Shown piece after piece: positions 47,693 through 56,943 of a stretch of DNA of 64,000 nucleotides; position 1 is the first letter of the stretch; each line of letters starts with the position of its first letter. The stretch lies in the IMG/VR virus record IMGVR_UViG_3300029922_000001, positions 1-64,000 of that record, one strand, 5' to 3'. The position numbers and the translations under genes are program-made. The notes below the pieces were generated by a model. It did not search any database. It was given only the letters and a program-made list of their open reading frames with translations, and had not been told where the DNA came from.

Positions 47693-48583
47693 ATGGTTAT
47701 ATGCCAAGACGACTTAGAATTAGCTATCATTAGATATCAAAATGCCCTTATAGAAAAAGATAAGCAAAGTATGAATGATTCATACAAGAAGATTTGTGAG
47801 ATTTACAAACCACAACTATATTTACAAACGTGGTTTAAAAAGTACGGTTGGCTTTACGACAGCATGGATGACTTTACACAAGAATATTTGGATGTTTTTT
47901 GCAAAGTCCTAAAAGAATGGAAGCCAAAAGAACAAAGAGGAAAGAGTCGATATAATGGCAAAGGACATTTTAAAAATTATTTCTGGGGATCATTATCAAA
48001 TTATTTTTCCAATGCTGTAAAAAAAGATTCAGCAGCCAAAAGAAATATTCCCTCTATTTGCCCATTATGTAGTGAATATGTTAATGTATTATCTACACAT
48101 TTAGTTGAAAAACATCATGAAATTTTATGGGGTAAATTACATGAACTTGGTATGGATATTAATGTAATTACGACTTGCCCATGTTGTAAATCATTCAAAC
48201 CCAGAAAGGCAGATTTAACCGTCAATGAACAATTAAGACATCATTTATTAAAATTCCACACTAATTTAATATTCGAAAAATTCAAAGAAGATTATCCAGG
48301 TCATGTGACTATTTCCCCAAGAATAACCTCTATTTTTATTGAGTCCGATAATGACGATGATAACATTTGTCTTTATGATGTCACTCCGAAAAGTAACAAT
48401 AAATTAGATTACCTATTGCAGCAAAATCTAAGCGACATACAAGTTAAAATTGTGGAAAAAATACTAAATGGTTCAACCAACATTAAAAAATATTATTTAG
48501 AACTCCAATGTAGTGAAGATGAATTTAATGATGCTTTAGATGGCTTGAAAGATGCATTAATGATCAGTGGTATTTATAATTGA
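47693..48583 (+). CDS. sigma-factor-like regulator with inserted C2H2 zinc fingers
   Basis: Region-2-like DDFTQE...FKNYFW..L.N; CPLC..H....H; CPCC..H....H; region-4-like LSDIQVKIV; GGAGG SD. Confidence 0.55.
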   Translation: MVICQDDLELAIIRYQNALIEKDKQSMNDSYKKICEIYKPQLYLQTWFKKYGWLYDSMDDFTQEYLDVFCKVLKEWKPKEQRGKSRYNGKGHFKNYFWGSLSNYFSNAVKKDSAAKRNIPSICPLCSEYVNVLSTHLVEKHHEILWGKLHELGMDINVITTCPCCKSFKPRKADLTVNEQLRHHLLKFHTNLIFEKFKEDYPGHVTISPRITSIFIESDNDDDNICLYDVTPKSNNKLDYLLQQNLSDIQVKIVEKILNGSTNIKKYYLELQCSEDEFNDALDGLKDALMISGIYN

Positions 48584-48593
48584 TAAGGAGAAC

Positions 48594-48926
48594 ATGGAAA
48601 ACGAAACAAACAATAATGAAAAAGCTGTAATTACCGCATTGAAAGTTAAAGGTGGCAGTGAAAACCCAACATCACCAGTAGGACTTTCTAGAAGTATGTT
48701 ACACGTCCTTAACGAACATGGGTTTGTTGAATTACTATCAGTCGGGGCTAAGTCTTTAGATATAGCAGTATCTGCATACAAATTAGCCAACATTGAAATT
48801 AAAAAAAGGCACTCTGGTATCGTGCTAGTTTGCGCACATACAGAAGATCAAGCTATGATCGGAGACGATAAAACTCGTAGAACTATTACTAGAGTATTTC
48901 CAATTAAAACAAAATATGTCGTTTAA
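48594..48926 (+). CDS. spoVS: SpoVS-like (Alba-fold) protein
   Basis: LKV...SPxGL...VL.EHG.VELLSVGA.SL..AV.A..LA...G..LVC matches the SpoVS pattern; AAGGAG before 48594. Confidence 0.7.
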   Translation: MENETNNNEKAVITALKVKGGSENPTSPVGLSRSMLHVLNEHGFVELLSVGAKSLDIAVSAYKLANIEIKKRHSGIVLVCAHTEDQAMIGDDKTRRTITRVFPIKTKYVV

Positions 48927-49380
48927 TTTTTTTAACAAAATAATCACAGAACAAAGACTCCAGAAAAATATGGTTAGGCAAAGTGTTAGTCAATTTTTTG
49001 CAGAACCATTTCGGGAGTCTTTTGGTCATTTGCCCGTCAGTAACTCTAGTTTTACTTGGCGTGAATTAGCGCAATATGCCGCACAAGAAACTGAACCGCT
49101 TAACTATAATAATAGCACAACTAATAGTGAAGTCGTTAATCACGCCTTAACAAAGAAAGCTAAATTATGTGCTGTCTGGGGGGATGAATCGGTTAATGCT
49201 ACTAAAAATATACTCATTGATAACATGCGTGGTCAAGGAATATATAGAAGTCCACAAGCTATCAGTTTCTTACGAGATTTAGAAAATGATTGGCTATTAA
49301 TCTGTGATGAATGCGGAACAACAAACTATCCAGATTGGGAACAATGTAAGAAATGTGAGTCCACAAATACCAAAAAGTAA
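48916..49380 (+). CDS. hypothetical protein with C-terminal Zn ribbon
   Basis: CDECG...CKKC. Confidence 0.6.
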   Translation: MSFNFFNKIITEQRLQKNMVRQSVSQFFAEPFRESFGHLPVSNSSFTWRELAQYAAQETEPLNYNNSTTNSEVVNHALTKKAKLCAVWGDESVNATKNILIDNMRGQGIYRSPQAISFLRDLENDWLLICDECGTTNYPDWEQCKKCESTNTKK

Positions 49381-49527
49381 TGAAAATTATGAAAAAAATT
49401 AAGTAAATATATAAAAATAGGTTCAATTTTACCACTATTTTTTATAAAAAATAAGTTTTTTTAGTTATAAGTTACAGGATAACATTTATTATATATTCAT
49501 CTAAGACATAAAAAAGGAGAAAAATTA

Positions 49528-52500
49528 ATGCAACATGATACGAAAAATAATAAGATGAAAACCATATTTGAAGATTCATTTTCGGAAGAAGTTTGGGCAT
49601 CTACATATAAAGACTATAGAGATAACAGTGTAGATGATACGTTTATGCGAGTAGCAACAGCTATCGCTTCAGTTGAAGAAACTAAAGAATTAAAAGAGTC
49701 TTGGGGAGATTCTTTTTTTGATTTGTTACAAAATTTTAAAGGTTCTGCTGGTGGTAGAATTTTATCAAATGCTGGAACTGAATGGGGTGGCACCACTTTA
49801 ATGAATTGTTTCGTAGGTCCAAAAGCAACTTACGATCAAGACTCTTTAGATGGCATTTTAAAAGTACTTAACAATCAATGTAAAACCTTAAAGTCCGAAG
49901 GTGGTTGGGGAATGAACTTTTCATTCATCCGTCCAAGAGGCGCTTTCATTAACGGAATTGGTGTTGAGTCACCTGGTTCTGTTACTTACATGGAACTTTT
50001 TGATAAGAGTTCAGCTTTAATCACTAGTGGTTCAGGCTTAGATACTAAAAATAAAAAAGCTAAAGGTAAAATCCGTAAAGGCGCTATGATGGGCGTTATG
50101 GATGTTTGGCATCCTGATATTGAAGAATTTATTTCAGCTAAATTAACACCTGGTAGATTATCTAAGTTTAATATTTCCGTAAACTGTTCTGATGAATTCA
50201 TGGAAAAGGTTATCTTCGTTAAGGAACTTAGACTAAGTAAGGCAGATCCTGCCCTTATCGCAGAATATGATAAATGGCATTTGGAATTTCCAGATACCAA
50301 ACATGAAAAATATAAAGAAATTTGGAATGGTGATATCAATTATTGGAAGTCTTTTGGCTACCCTGTTAATATCATAAAGACAGTTTCTGTTACAGAATTA
50401 TGGAATCAAATCATCAAATCCACATATACACGTAATGACCCAGGTGTTTTGTTCTTAGATAGAGCAAATGCAACACACTGTTGGAATTATGGAGGTATTG
50501 AAGCACTCATTAAGGCTACTAATCCATGCGTTACTGAGAATACTTGGATAAATACTTCTAATGGTGCCAAACAAGTAAAACAATTATTAAATGATCCATA
50601 TATTGCTATAGTAAATGGGTTACCATATAATGCAACTAGTTTTTGGGAAACTGGAACTAAAAAGGTTTTCAAATTAAATACAAAACATGGATTTAATATT
50701 GAAGTAACCGATAATCATGTTATCAAAACCACTAAAGGTGACAAGCAATTAAAAGACATAAATATTGGAGACAATATTTTGATATCAAATCATAGAAATC
50801 ACACATGGGTAGGGCAGGGAAATTTCAATAAAGGGTGGTTAATCGGTTCTTTAATTGGTGACGGTCACTTGCTTAGTAAAACATCTAAACTAGAATATTG
50901 GGGTCAAGAAAAAGATATAATGCTTCAATATGCATCACAGCTTATACATAAAGAATTTGACGTTAGAAGTGATTTGGGATCTGGTAATTTATCAGGTAAA
51001 ACGGCACAAGAAAGAGATATTACTTCTTTGAGTTGCACTAATTTATTGAATTATGCACATGAACTGAATATTGATAATGATAAATCGTTAAACAATAGTG
51101 ATATTGAAAAAACATCATATGATTTTTATTGTGGATTTTTATCTGGATGGTTTGATGCTGATGGATCAGTACAAGGCAATCACAAAAAAGGTGTTTCTGT
51201 TAGATTATCTTCATCAATTCAAGAAAACCTTTTAGTTGCACAACGTATGTTAAGCAGATTAGGAATTATTTCAAAAATTTCATTACGAAGAAGCGAACAA
51301 GAAAAATTATTGCCAAATGGCAAAAGTGGAAGTTCATATTATACGTGTAAAGCACAATATGAACTTATAATTAGCCAAGATAATATTTCGGTTTTTAGAA
51401 ATATTATTGGATTCAAGCAACCATCAAAACAAAATCACTTAAACATTTTATTGAATACATATACTAGGAATTTCAATAAACAAAAATTTTATAGTGAAGT
51501 TACTTCTATAGAATATATAGGAGAAGAAAAAGTTTATGATTGTACTGTTGATATTGTTCATGAGTTTTGTGCAAACGGTATAAGAGTTCATAATTGTGGT
51601 GAACAATGTTTACCTTTCGGTGCTGTTTGTAACTTATTCAGCTTTAACTTAACTCAGTTTATTGATGAAGTAAACAATTGCTTCGATCTAGAAAAGCTTC
51701 AAAGATATGTTGCTATTGCTGTTAGATTCTTGGATGATATTAATTCATATACTAACGCACCATTACCTGAATATATCGAATCAATTCGCAAGAGAAGAAG
51801 AATTGGATTGGGTGTTCTTGGTTGGGGAAGTGCATTATATATGCTTAAAACTAGATTTGGTTCTGAAAAGGCTGAAGCTATTAAAGAAAAATTAATGCGT
51901 ACATTCACACATGCTGCTGTTAAGGCATCTATTGATTTGGCTAAAGAAAGAGGTATGTTTGCTGGTTGTGATCCAGAAAAACATGCAAATCATCCATTCT
52001 GGCAACAGATCCAACTTGACGATGATACTCTTAGCGAAATGAGACAATACGGAATTAGAAACTCTGCTCTATTCTCTATTCAACCTACAGGTAATACTTC
52101 TGTTCTATGTAACATCGTTTCTGGTGGTCTAGAACCTGTGTTTATGCCTGAGTATATCAGAACAGTTATTGTCAACTCAGTGCCAAATCATATTAAAAAT
52201 GTAACACCCAAATATTGGGAAGGCGAATTCTTCGAAACATCTTTGTTCAAATTTACAAAAGAAGGTGGAGAACAAATTCTTAGAGGCGTTGATACTGGTG
52301 GAGTTGTTTATAAGATTGACAAAAATAGAGGTTTAACCAGAGAAGTATTATGTGAAGATTATGCTGTTAGACACCTTAAACTCAAGGGTGAATGGGATGC
52401 ATCAGCAGATTGGGCATGTACTACAGATAGTTTAACTGTTAATGACCATCTTACAGACATGAAGGGTTTTGGAAAGTGGATAGATTCATCAATGAGCAAG

Positions 52501-53163
52501 ACTGTTAATGTTCCAAATGATTATCCATTTGAAGATTTCGAAAATGTCTATCTAGATGCTTACAAAACAGGCTGTCTTAAAGGAATTACAACTTATCGTG
52601 CTGGTACAATGACTAATGTCTTGGCTGCAAAATCTGAGAAAGATGAAGAAATTGAATTTAAGACTTCTCCTATCATTAAGCGTCCTAAAGAATTAAAAGC
52701 GAAAGTATTCCATCCAACAGCTAAAGGTGGTAAATTCTACGTTGCAGTTGGGTTATTGAATGATAAACCTTTTGAAGTTTTCGTTGGATTAAACACCACA
52801 AATGTTATTCCAATTAAGATGGATGATGCCTCTATTGTGAAAAGATCCAAGGGAGTGTATGATTTATGTGCAAATTCCTTCTGCTATCCCTTAAATACAC
52901 ACTCTGACGCTAACGTTGATGCATTGACACGTATGGTAAGTTTATCTTTGCACTCTGGAGCTAGTTTAGCTCGTGTTGTCGAACAACTAGAAAGAACTAA
53001 TGGAGATATGTTTGTCTTTGCTAAAGTTCTTGCAAGAACTTTAAAGAGATTCATTCCAGATGGTACTACTTTATCTGAAGAATGTCCAGCTTGTGGTGAA
53101 GCGTTAATTCGCCAAGAAGGTTGTAAACGCTGTACTTCTTGTGATTATAGCGTCTGCGGTTAA
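49528..53163 (+). CDS. nrdJ: class II (B12-dependent) ribonucleotide reductase, intein-containing
   Basis: GGRIL, NCF, GGWG, RKGA, TNP|CGEQ, RRIGLG, QPTG, SKTVN and KGITTYR; C-terminal TSCPD-like domain and Zn ribbon. Confidence 0.92.
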   Translation: MQHDTKNNKMKTIFEDSFSEEVWASTYKDYRDNSVDDTFMRVATAIASVEETKELKESWGDSFFDLLQNFKGSAGGRILSNAGTEWGGTTLMNCFVGPKATYDQDSLDGILKVLNNQCKTLKSEGGWGMNFSFIRPRGAFINGIGVESPGSVTYMELFDKSSALITSGSGLDTKNKKAKGKIRKGAMMGVMDVWHPDIEEFISAKLTPGRLSKFNISVNCSDEFMEKVIFVKELRLSKADPALIAEYDKWHLEFPDTKHEKYKEIWNGDINYWKSFGYPVNIIKTVSVTELWNQIIKSTYTRNDPGVLFLDRANATHCWNYGGIEALIKATNPCVTENTWINTSNGAKQVKQLLNDPYIAIVNGLPYNATSFWETGTKKVFKLNTKHGFNIEVTDNHVIKTTKGDKQLKDINIGDNILISNHRNHTWVGQGNFNKGWLIGSLIGDGHLLSKTSKLEYWGQEKDIMLQYASQLIHKEFDVRSDLGSGNLSGKTAQERDITSLSCTNLLNYAHELNIDNDKSLNNSDIEKTSYDFYCGFLSGWFDADGSVQGNHKKGVSVRLSSSIQENLLVAQRMLSRLGIISKISLRRSEQEKLLPNGKSGSSYYTCKAQYELIISQDNISVFRNIIGFKQPSKQNHLNILLNTYTRNFNKQKFYSEVTSIEYIGEEKVYDCTVDIVHEFCANGIRVHNCGEQCLPFGAVCNLFSFNLTQFIDEVNNCFDLEKLQRYVAIAVRFLDDINSYTNAPLPEYIESIRKRRRIGLGVLGWGSALYMLKTRFGSEKAEAIKEKLMRTFTHAAVKASIDLAKERGMFAGCDPEKHANHPFWQQIQLDDDTLSEMRQYGIRNSALFSIQPTGNTSVLCNIVSGGLEPVFMPEYIRTVIVNSVPNHIKNVTPKYWEGEFFETSLFKFTKEGGEQILRGVDTGGVVYKIDKNRGLTREVLCEDYAVRHLKLKGEWDASADWACTTDSLTVNDHLTDMKGFGKWIDSSMSKTVNVPNDYPFEDFENVYLDAYKTGCLKGITTYRAGTMTNVLAAKSEKDEEIEFKTSPIIKRPKELKAKVFHPTAKGGKFYVAVGLLNDKPFEVFVGLNTTNVIPIKMDDASIVKRSKGVYDLCANSFCYPLNTHSDANVDALTRMVSLSLHSGASLARVVEQLERTNGDMFVFAKVLARTLKRFIPDGTTLSEECPACGEALIRQEGCKRCTSCDYSVCG
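50527..51594 (+). mobile_element. intein with LAGLIDADG endonuclease (356 aa)
   Basis: Begins CVTENT, has a block B TDNH, ends VHN before the catalytic Cys; LIGSLIGDG and FLSGWFDADG motifs. Confidence 0.93.
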
Positions 53164-53166
53164 TTG

Positions 53167-53201
53167 AAAACGCCTGGATTGTTTACAATCCAGGCGTTTT
53201 T
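53167..53201 (+). terminator. intrinsic terminator
   Basis: AAAACGCCTGGATTGT...ACAATCCAGGCGTTTTT. Confidence 0.8.
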
Positions 53202-53216
53202 GTATAATAAATTAAC

Positions 53217-53633
53217 ATGTCAAAATTAAAATCAGTCACTGTTCACATTCAAGATGTTGATTATATAGGTGAAGATATCACCCTAGCGGAAGATTCCCCC
53301 TACAATAATGTAATTTATCTATTATTAAAAGAAAAAGAAACTAGTAATTTATACGTTTGTATTTTAACTCCAACTGATGTTAAAGATTTAGCTAATCTTG
53401 AAGCAGATTTAAGTCCAAGAGAAATGAATTTCTTTGCAGATCAATTGAAACTAAGAAAATCTCCTATGACACTAGTTGTGTCTCCTGAAGATGAACTAGT
53501 TACAGCCGAAATGCTTCAAATGTCAGAAGAAGATTTAATACTACTTCAACAACAAGAAGAGTTATCTAATCAACAAACGCAAGCTATTAAAGCCAAGTTT
53601 GGATTTAAGAATTTTGGTGAGGTAAATGTTTAA
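53217..53633 (+). CDS. hypothetical protein
   Basis: ORF after TATAAT. Confidence 0.65.
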   Translation: MSKLKSVTVHIQDVDYIGEDITLAEDSPYNNVIYLLLKEKETSNLYVCILTPTDVKDLANLEADLSPREMNFFADQLKLRKSPMTLVVSPEDELVTAEMLQMSEEDLILLQQQEELSNQQTQAIKAKFGFKNFGEVNV

Positions 53634-54675
53634 TCTTCAATTAGCAAAATTCTGGTCTAAAGCTGTTGACGATTTCACCACAACAGATGCTTATGCGTTA
53701 GGTTATTTATTCAACTTCAAGTATTTAGAAGAAGTTGAATTTGGCACATTGCAATTGGTGAGTTCTAGTAGATTTGTGCTACAAGAAGTTGTTAGAACAT
53801 TGTTTTCCGCACAGGCAATGGCGAGTATTACGTCTTATGGTGGCGATTCAGAAAATCTTGTTTGGTGTGATTTTTTTGTAGATAATCTATTCATACAAAA
53901 TCGTGAAAAGAAACTTAATGAATTACTTGCCATAGCGAAGTTTGATGATGAATTATTTCGTGCGTTTTTAAGAGGCGTATTTGATGTTAATGGTTCTATT
54001 TCACTTCAAAATTCAGGTATCGAAGGTCAACCCACAGCACAATTATTATTAGATACTCGCTGTCGTGAGTTTATTAAGAAACTATTTAAATTAGGTTTTC
54101 CTTATAAAATGATTGGTGAATACATTGTTTGGGTTGGGGCAGATGTATTAGACTTTACTTCGTGGTTATATAAAGACGCATCTTTAATCCCAACACACAA
54201 AAAAGAAGAATTAATTAACTTAAACAGTTACATTCCAATCTTAAAAGGAATTCCTGAAAACTTACACTTTAAATATGGCTTATCTCAAGAGAATGCTGTA
54301 GCACCTTTTAAAATTAATGCATCAGATTCTGGATATTTTGTAACTATTACAGGGATTAAACATTGGAATGAAAATATTTATAGTTGCAATACCGGTTTAC
54401 ATGTGTCAACTCCATTTGGATGGTATTTTGATTTAGTACCAACCCCTGAATTAACAAATATGGGTTATATGTTAGTGAATAGTCCGATAGTTATTAACCA
54501 AACAAATTCAAATGAAATCACATTTTGTGTTATGAAAATTGATCCAAGTGTTCCAGATTTAACACCAGGTGTAATTGTAGGGCAATTAATTCCACGTCCA
54601 ATTATTCATTTAGGATGGAAGCAGTATGAAGAAGCACTAGTAGAGGAAAGTGATGGGCAAGAAACAACCAACTGA
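53626..54675 (+). CDS. LAGLIDADG-like domain fused to degenerate dUTPase domain
   Basis: AYALGYL and AFLRGVFDVNGSI; C-terminal SDSGY, NTGL...P.GWY and GQLIPR. Confidence 0.65.
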   Translation: MFNLQLAKFWSKAVDDFTTTDAYALGYLFNFKYLEEVEFGTLQLVSSSRFVLQEVVRTLFSAQAMASITSYGGDSENLVWCDFFVDNLFIQNREKKLNELLAIAKFDDELFRAFLRGVFDVNGSISLQNSGIEGQPTAQLLLDTRCREFIKKLFKLGFPYKMIGEYIVWVGADVLDFTSWLYKDASLIPTHKKEELINLNSYIPILKGIPENLHFKYGLSQENAVAPFKINASDSGYFVTITGIKHWNENIYSCNTGLHVSTPFGWYFDLVPTPELTNMGYMLVNSPIVINQTNSNEITFCVMKIDPSVPDLTPGVIVGQLIPRPIIHLGWKQYEEALVEESDGQETTN

Positions 54676-55150
54676 ATATTATGAATCCATAGAATTATTT
54701 AGACTAGCTGAAAAGTTAATTAGTCGTTATTCTACACATTTACACTATGTGGATATTGACAAGATTTATTTTTGTGTTCAAACTGGCGACAAACCACAAA
54801 AAGCACCTTTAGGGGAAATAAGTGGTGTTGGTGGATGGGTAAAAAACATTCTAAACGACGTTGGTAGTAAAAAGATATATTGTCTCAGAGTCTGGAATGA
54901 TGCTTGGGATTCTCTCATGGAAGAACAACAACAATGGTTTATGTTCTATTTGTTGTATAGTATTGGTGAAAATTGCAATGGATCAGTGCGGAAAGCGGAG
55001 ATTACAGATGAATATGGATTCATGTTGGAGTATTTAGGACCTTACTGGCGCAAACGTGGTGATTTACCAGATATGCTAGTAGATGACGATCCTATACCTT
55101 TACCACCACCTTATATGGATTTAGAATCTGAAAGCGATATCTATCTATAA
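54650..55150 (+). CDS. phage metallopeptidase-like protein, degenerate active site
   Basis: Family-like W..L.EEQQ..., but the HExxH position reads YLLYS. Confidence 0.5.
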   Translation: MMGKKQPTEYYESIELFRLAEKLISRYSTHLHYVDIDKIYFCVQTGDKPQKAPLGEISGVGGWVKNILNDVGSKKIYCLRVWNDAWDSLMEEQQQWFMFYLLYSIGENCNGSVRKAEITDEYGFMLEYLGPYWRKRGDLPDMLVDDDPIPLPPPYMDLESESDIYL

Positions 55151-55156
55151 TAGAGT

Positions 55157-56257
55157 ATGAATCAAGAACTAAGTTGGGCTAGAAAATATCGCGCCAAACA
55201 ATTCAAAGACGTTCCACAATCTCATGTGGTTCAAATTTTACAATCGCACATTGTACACAATCGTCATCAAAATGCTTATTTGTTTTTAGGACCTTCAGGC
55301 ACTGGAAAGACAACCTTAGCTAGAATTATGGCAATGGCAATGATGTGTGAATTAAGACAGGCATCAGATTCTGAACCTGTTCTTAATTCTGTTTCCAGTC
55401 AAGCCATTATTAGCGACAATCACAGAGATGTTGTGGAAATCAATTGTGGTGATCATAATGGCATTGATGATATTAGAGATTTAATTGCCAACAAAATGAT
55501 GATTTCACCTTCAATGGGTAAGTATAGAATTTTCATTTTAGATGAAGTTCACAACTTAACTAAAAACGCTCAAGATGGTTTACTTAAAATCGTTGAAGAA
55601 ACACCACCACATGTTAGATTCTTTTTCTGTACTACTGATGAACAAAAGCTATTAGCAACTTTTAAATCACGTTGTCAAATCTTTGTTTTACAAAAAGTTT
55701 CACAAGTTAAAATGACTAGTATTTTATCAGGCGTAGCTGATAAAGAAGGTGTTGAATACGAACAGGATGCACTAGAACTAATTGCTCAAGATGCTAATGG
55801 TAATATGCGAACAGCTTTAAATCTATTAGAACAAGTTTCATTAATTGGTGTTAAAGAAGATATCATTCGTGGCATTTTAGGTCGTGGTCCAAAGACTTTA
55901 TGCCTAGACTTAATTGATAATATCAAGAATCTTAATAGAGCAGAAATTATTAAAATCATTGAAGCTTGTCAATTGGAAGGTAGAGATTTAACTAAACTAT
56001 TAGATGATACTGTATTGTTGTTAATGAATTACGTCAAGGTGCGATTGCTTAAAACCCCTAAGAACCAAGTTGATCCTATTATTTTGAAATTGGCATTAAT
56101 CATAGAACCACCTATTGCTTTAGAGTTGAGTACAATGTTAATCGAAGCAAAGAGCAACTTGAAACAAAACACTGATGTAGATGTTATTATCACAGCTAAT
56201 TTATTAAAACTTGTCAATAAATTCAGTAAATTACTAAAAGCCACAGAAGAGAAATAG
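55157..56257 (+). CDS. dnaX: DNA polymerase III gamma/tau clamp loader
   Basis: ARKYR, GPSGTGKTT, ILDEVH, LLKIVEE, SRCQ and GNMR motifs. Confidence 0.92.
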   Translation: MNQELSWARKYRAKQFKDVPQSHVVQILQSHIVHNRHQNAYLFLGPSGTGKTTLARIMAMAMMCELRQASDSEPVLNSVSSQAIISDNHRDVVEINCGDHNGIDDIRDLIANKMMISPSMGKYRIFILDEVHNLTKNAQDGLLKIVEETPPHVRFFFCTTDEQKLLATFKSRCQIFVLQKVSQVKMTSILSGVADKEGVEYEQDALELIAQDANGNMRTALNLLEQVSLIGVKEDIIRGILGRGPKTLCLDLIDNIKNLNRAEIIKIIEACQLEGRDLTKLLDDTVLLLMNYVKVRLLKTPKNQVDPIILKLALIIEPPIALELSTMLIEAKSNLKQNTDVDVIITANLLKLVNKFSKLLKATEEK

Positions 56258-56283
56258 TTAACGCCCACTACATTAATATTTTA

Positions 56284-56937
56284 TTGTATAAAATGTTTTG
56301 TAGTGGGTGGTCTAATTTGAATTTATCCGAAGAAGAAGTTTTAGTTTACGTAAGACGTGTGAAAAAAGGCGATGGCGATGCATTTAGAAAGGTTGAACAT
56401 GCATTCAAACAAGAAATAGATAGAATGGCAAGAGAATTTTATCTGCAAGGTGCCAAAGAAGGAATTTTTGACGAAGACATAAAAGCAATCATATTGGGTG
56501 CCTTGTGGAAAGCCTGTATGGACTTTAAAGAAGAATATAAGTCTACCTTTAAAAGTTTTGCAAATTTATGTTTTAAGAGAAATGCGATTACTGCAATTAT
56601 TAATGCAAAATCCAGAAAACACGACATTTTAACTCGCGCTCATTCATTAGATAGAGCGTCACATATTGACGACGAAGGGGAACAATCTCTAGCAGAAATT
56701 TTACCAGATACTAGACCTAGTATCTTAGATGAAATTATAAGACAAGAAGAATTCGACACAAAATTTGAAGCATTAAGAAGCATTTGTACTCCATTAGAAA
56801 ACGATGTATTAACATTATATTCCGAATCTGAATCCTATAATAAAATAGCCAAAGACATTCAAAGAAACGCCAAAGCAGTAGATAATTCAATCACTAGAAT
56901 CAAGAAGAAAGCCTTACTGATTGAAGTCGAAGTATAA
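56284..56937 (+). CDS. SigH-like RNA polymerase sigma factor (start uncertain, possibly TTG 56317)
   Basis: GDxDAF, FKSFANLCFKRNAITAI..A.SRKH..L...SLD and SY..IA....RN.KAVDNSITRIKKK. Confidence 0.85.
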   Translation: MYKMFCSGWSNLNLSEEEVLVYVRRVKKGDGDAFRKVEHAFKQEIDRMAREFYLQGAKEGIFDEDIKAIILGALWKACMDFKEEYKSTFKSFANLCFKRNAITAIINAKSRKHDILTRAHSLDRASHIDDEGEQSLAEILPDTRPSILDEIIRQEEFDTKFEALRSICTPLENDVLTLYSESESYNKIAKDIQRNAKAVDNSITRIKKKALLIEVEV

Positions 56938-56943
56938 TGAAGT

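Noticed and set aside
49381-49527. AT-rich gap as replication origin, NrdR boxes or cobalamin riboswitch
   Set aside because: No iterons, no convincing palindromic NrdR box and no structured GC-containing RNA.
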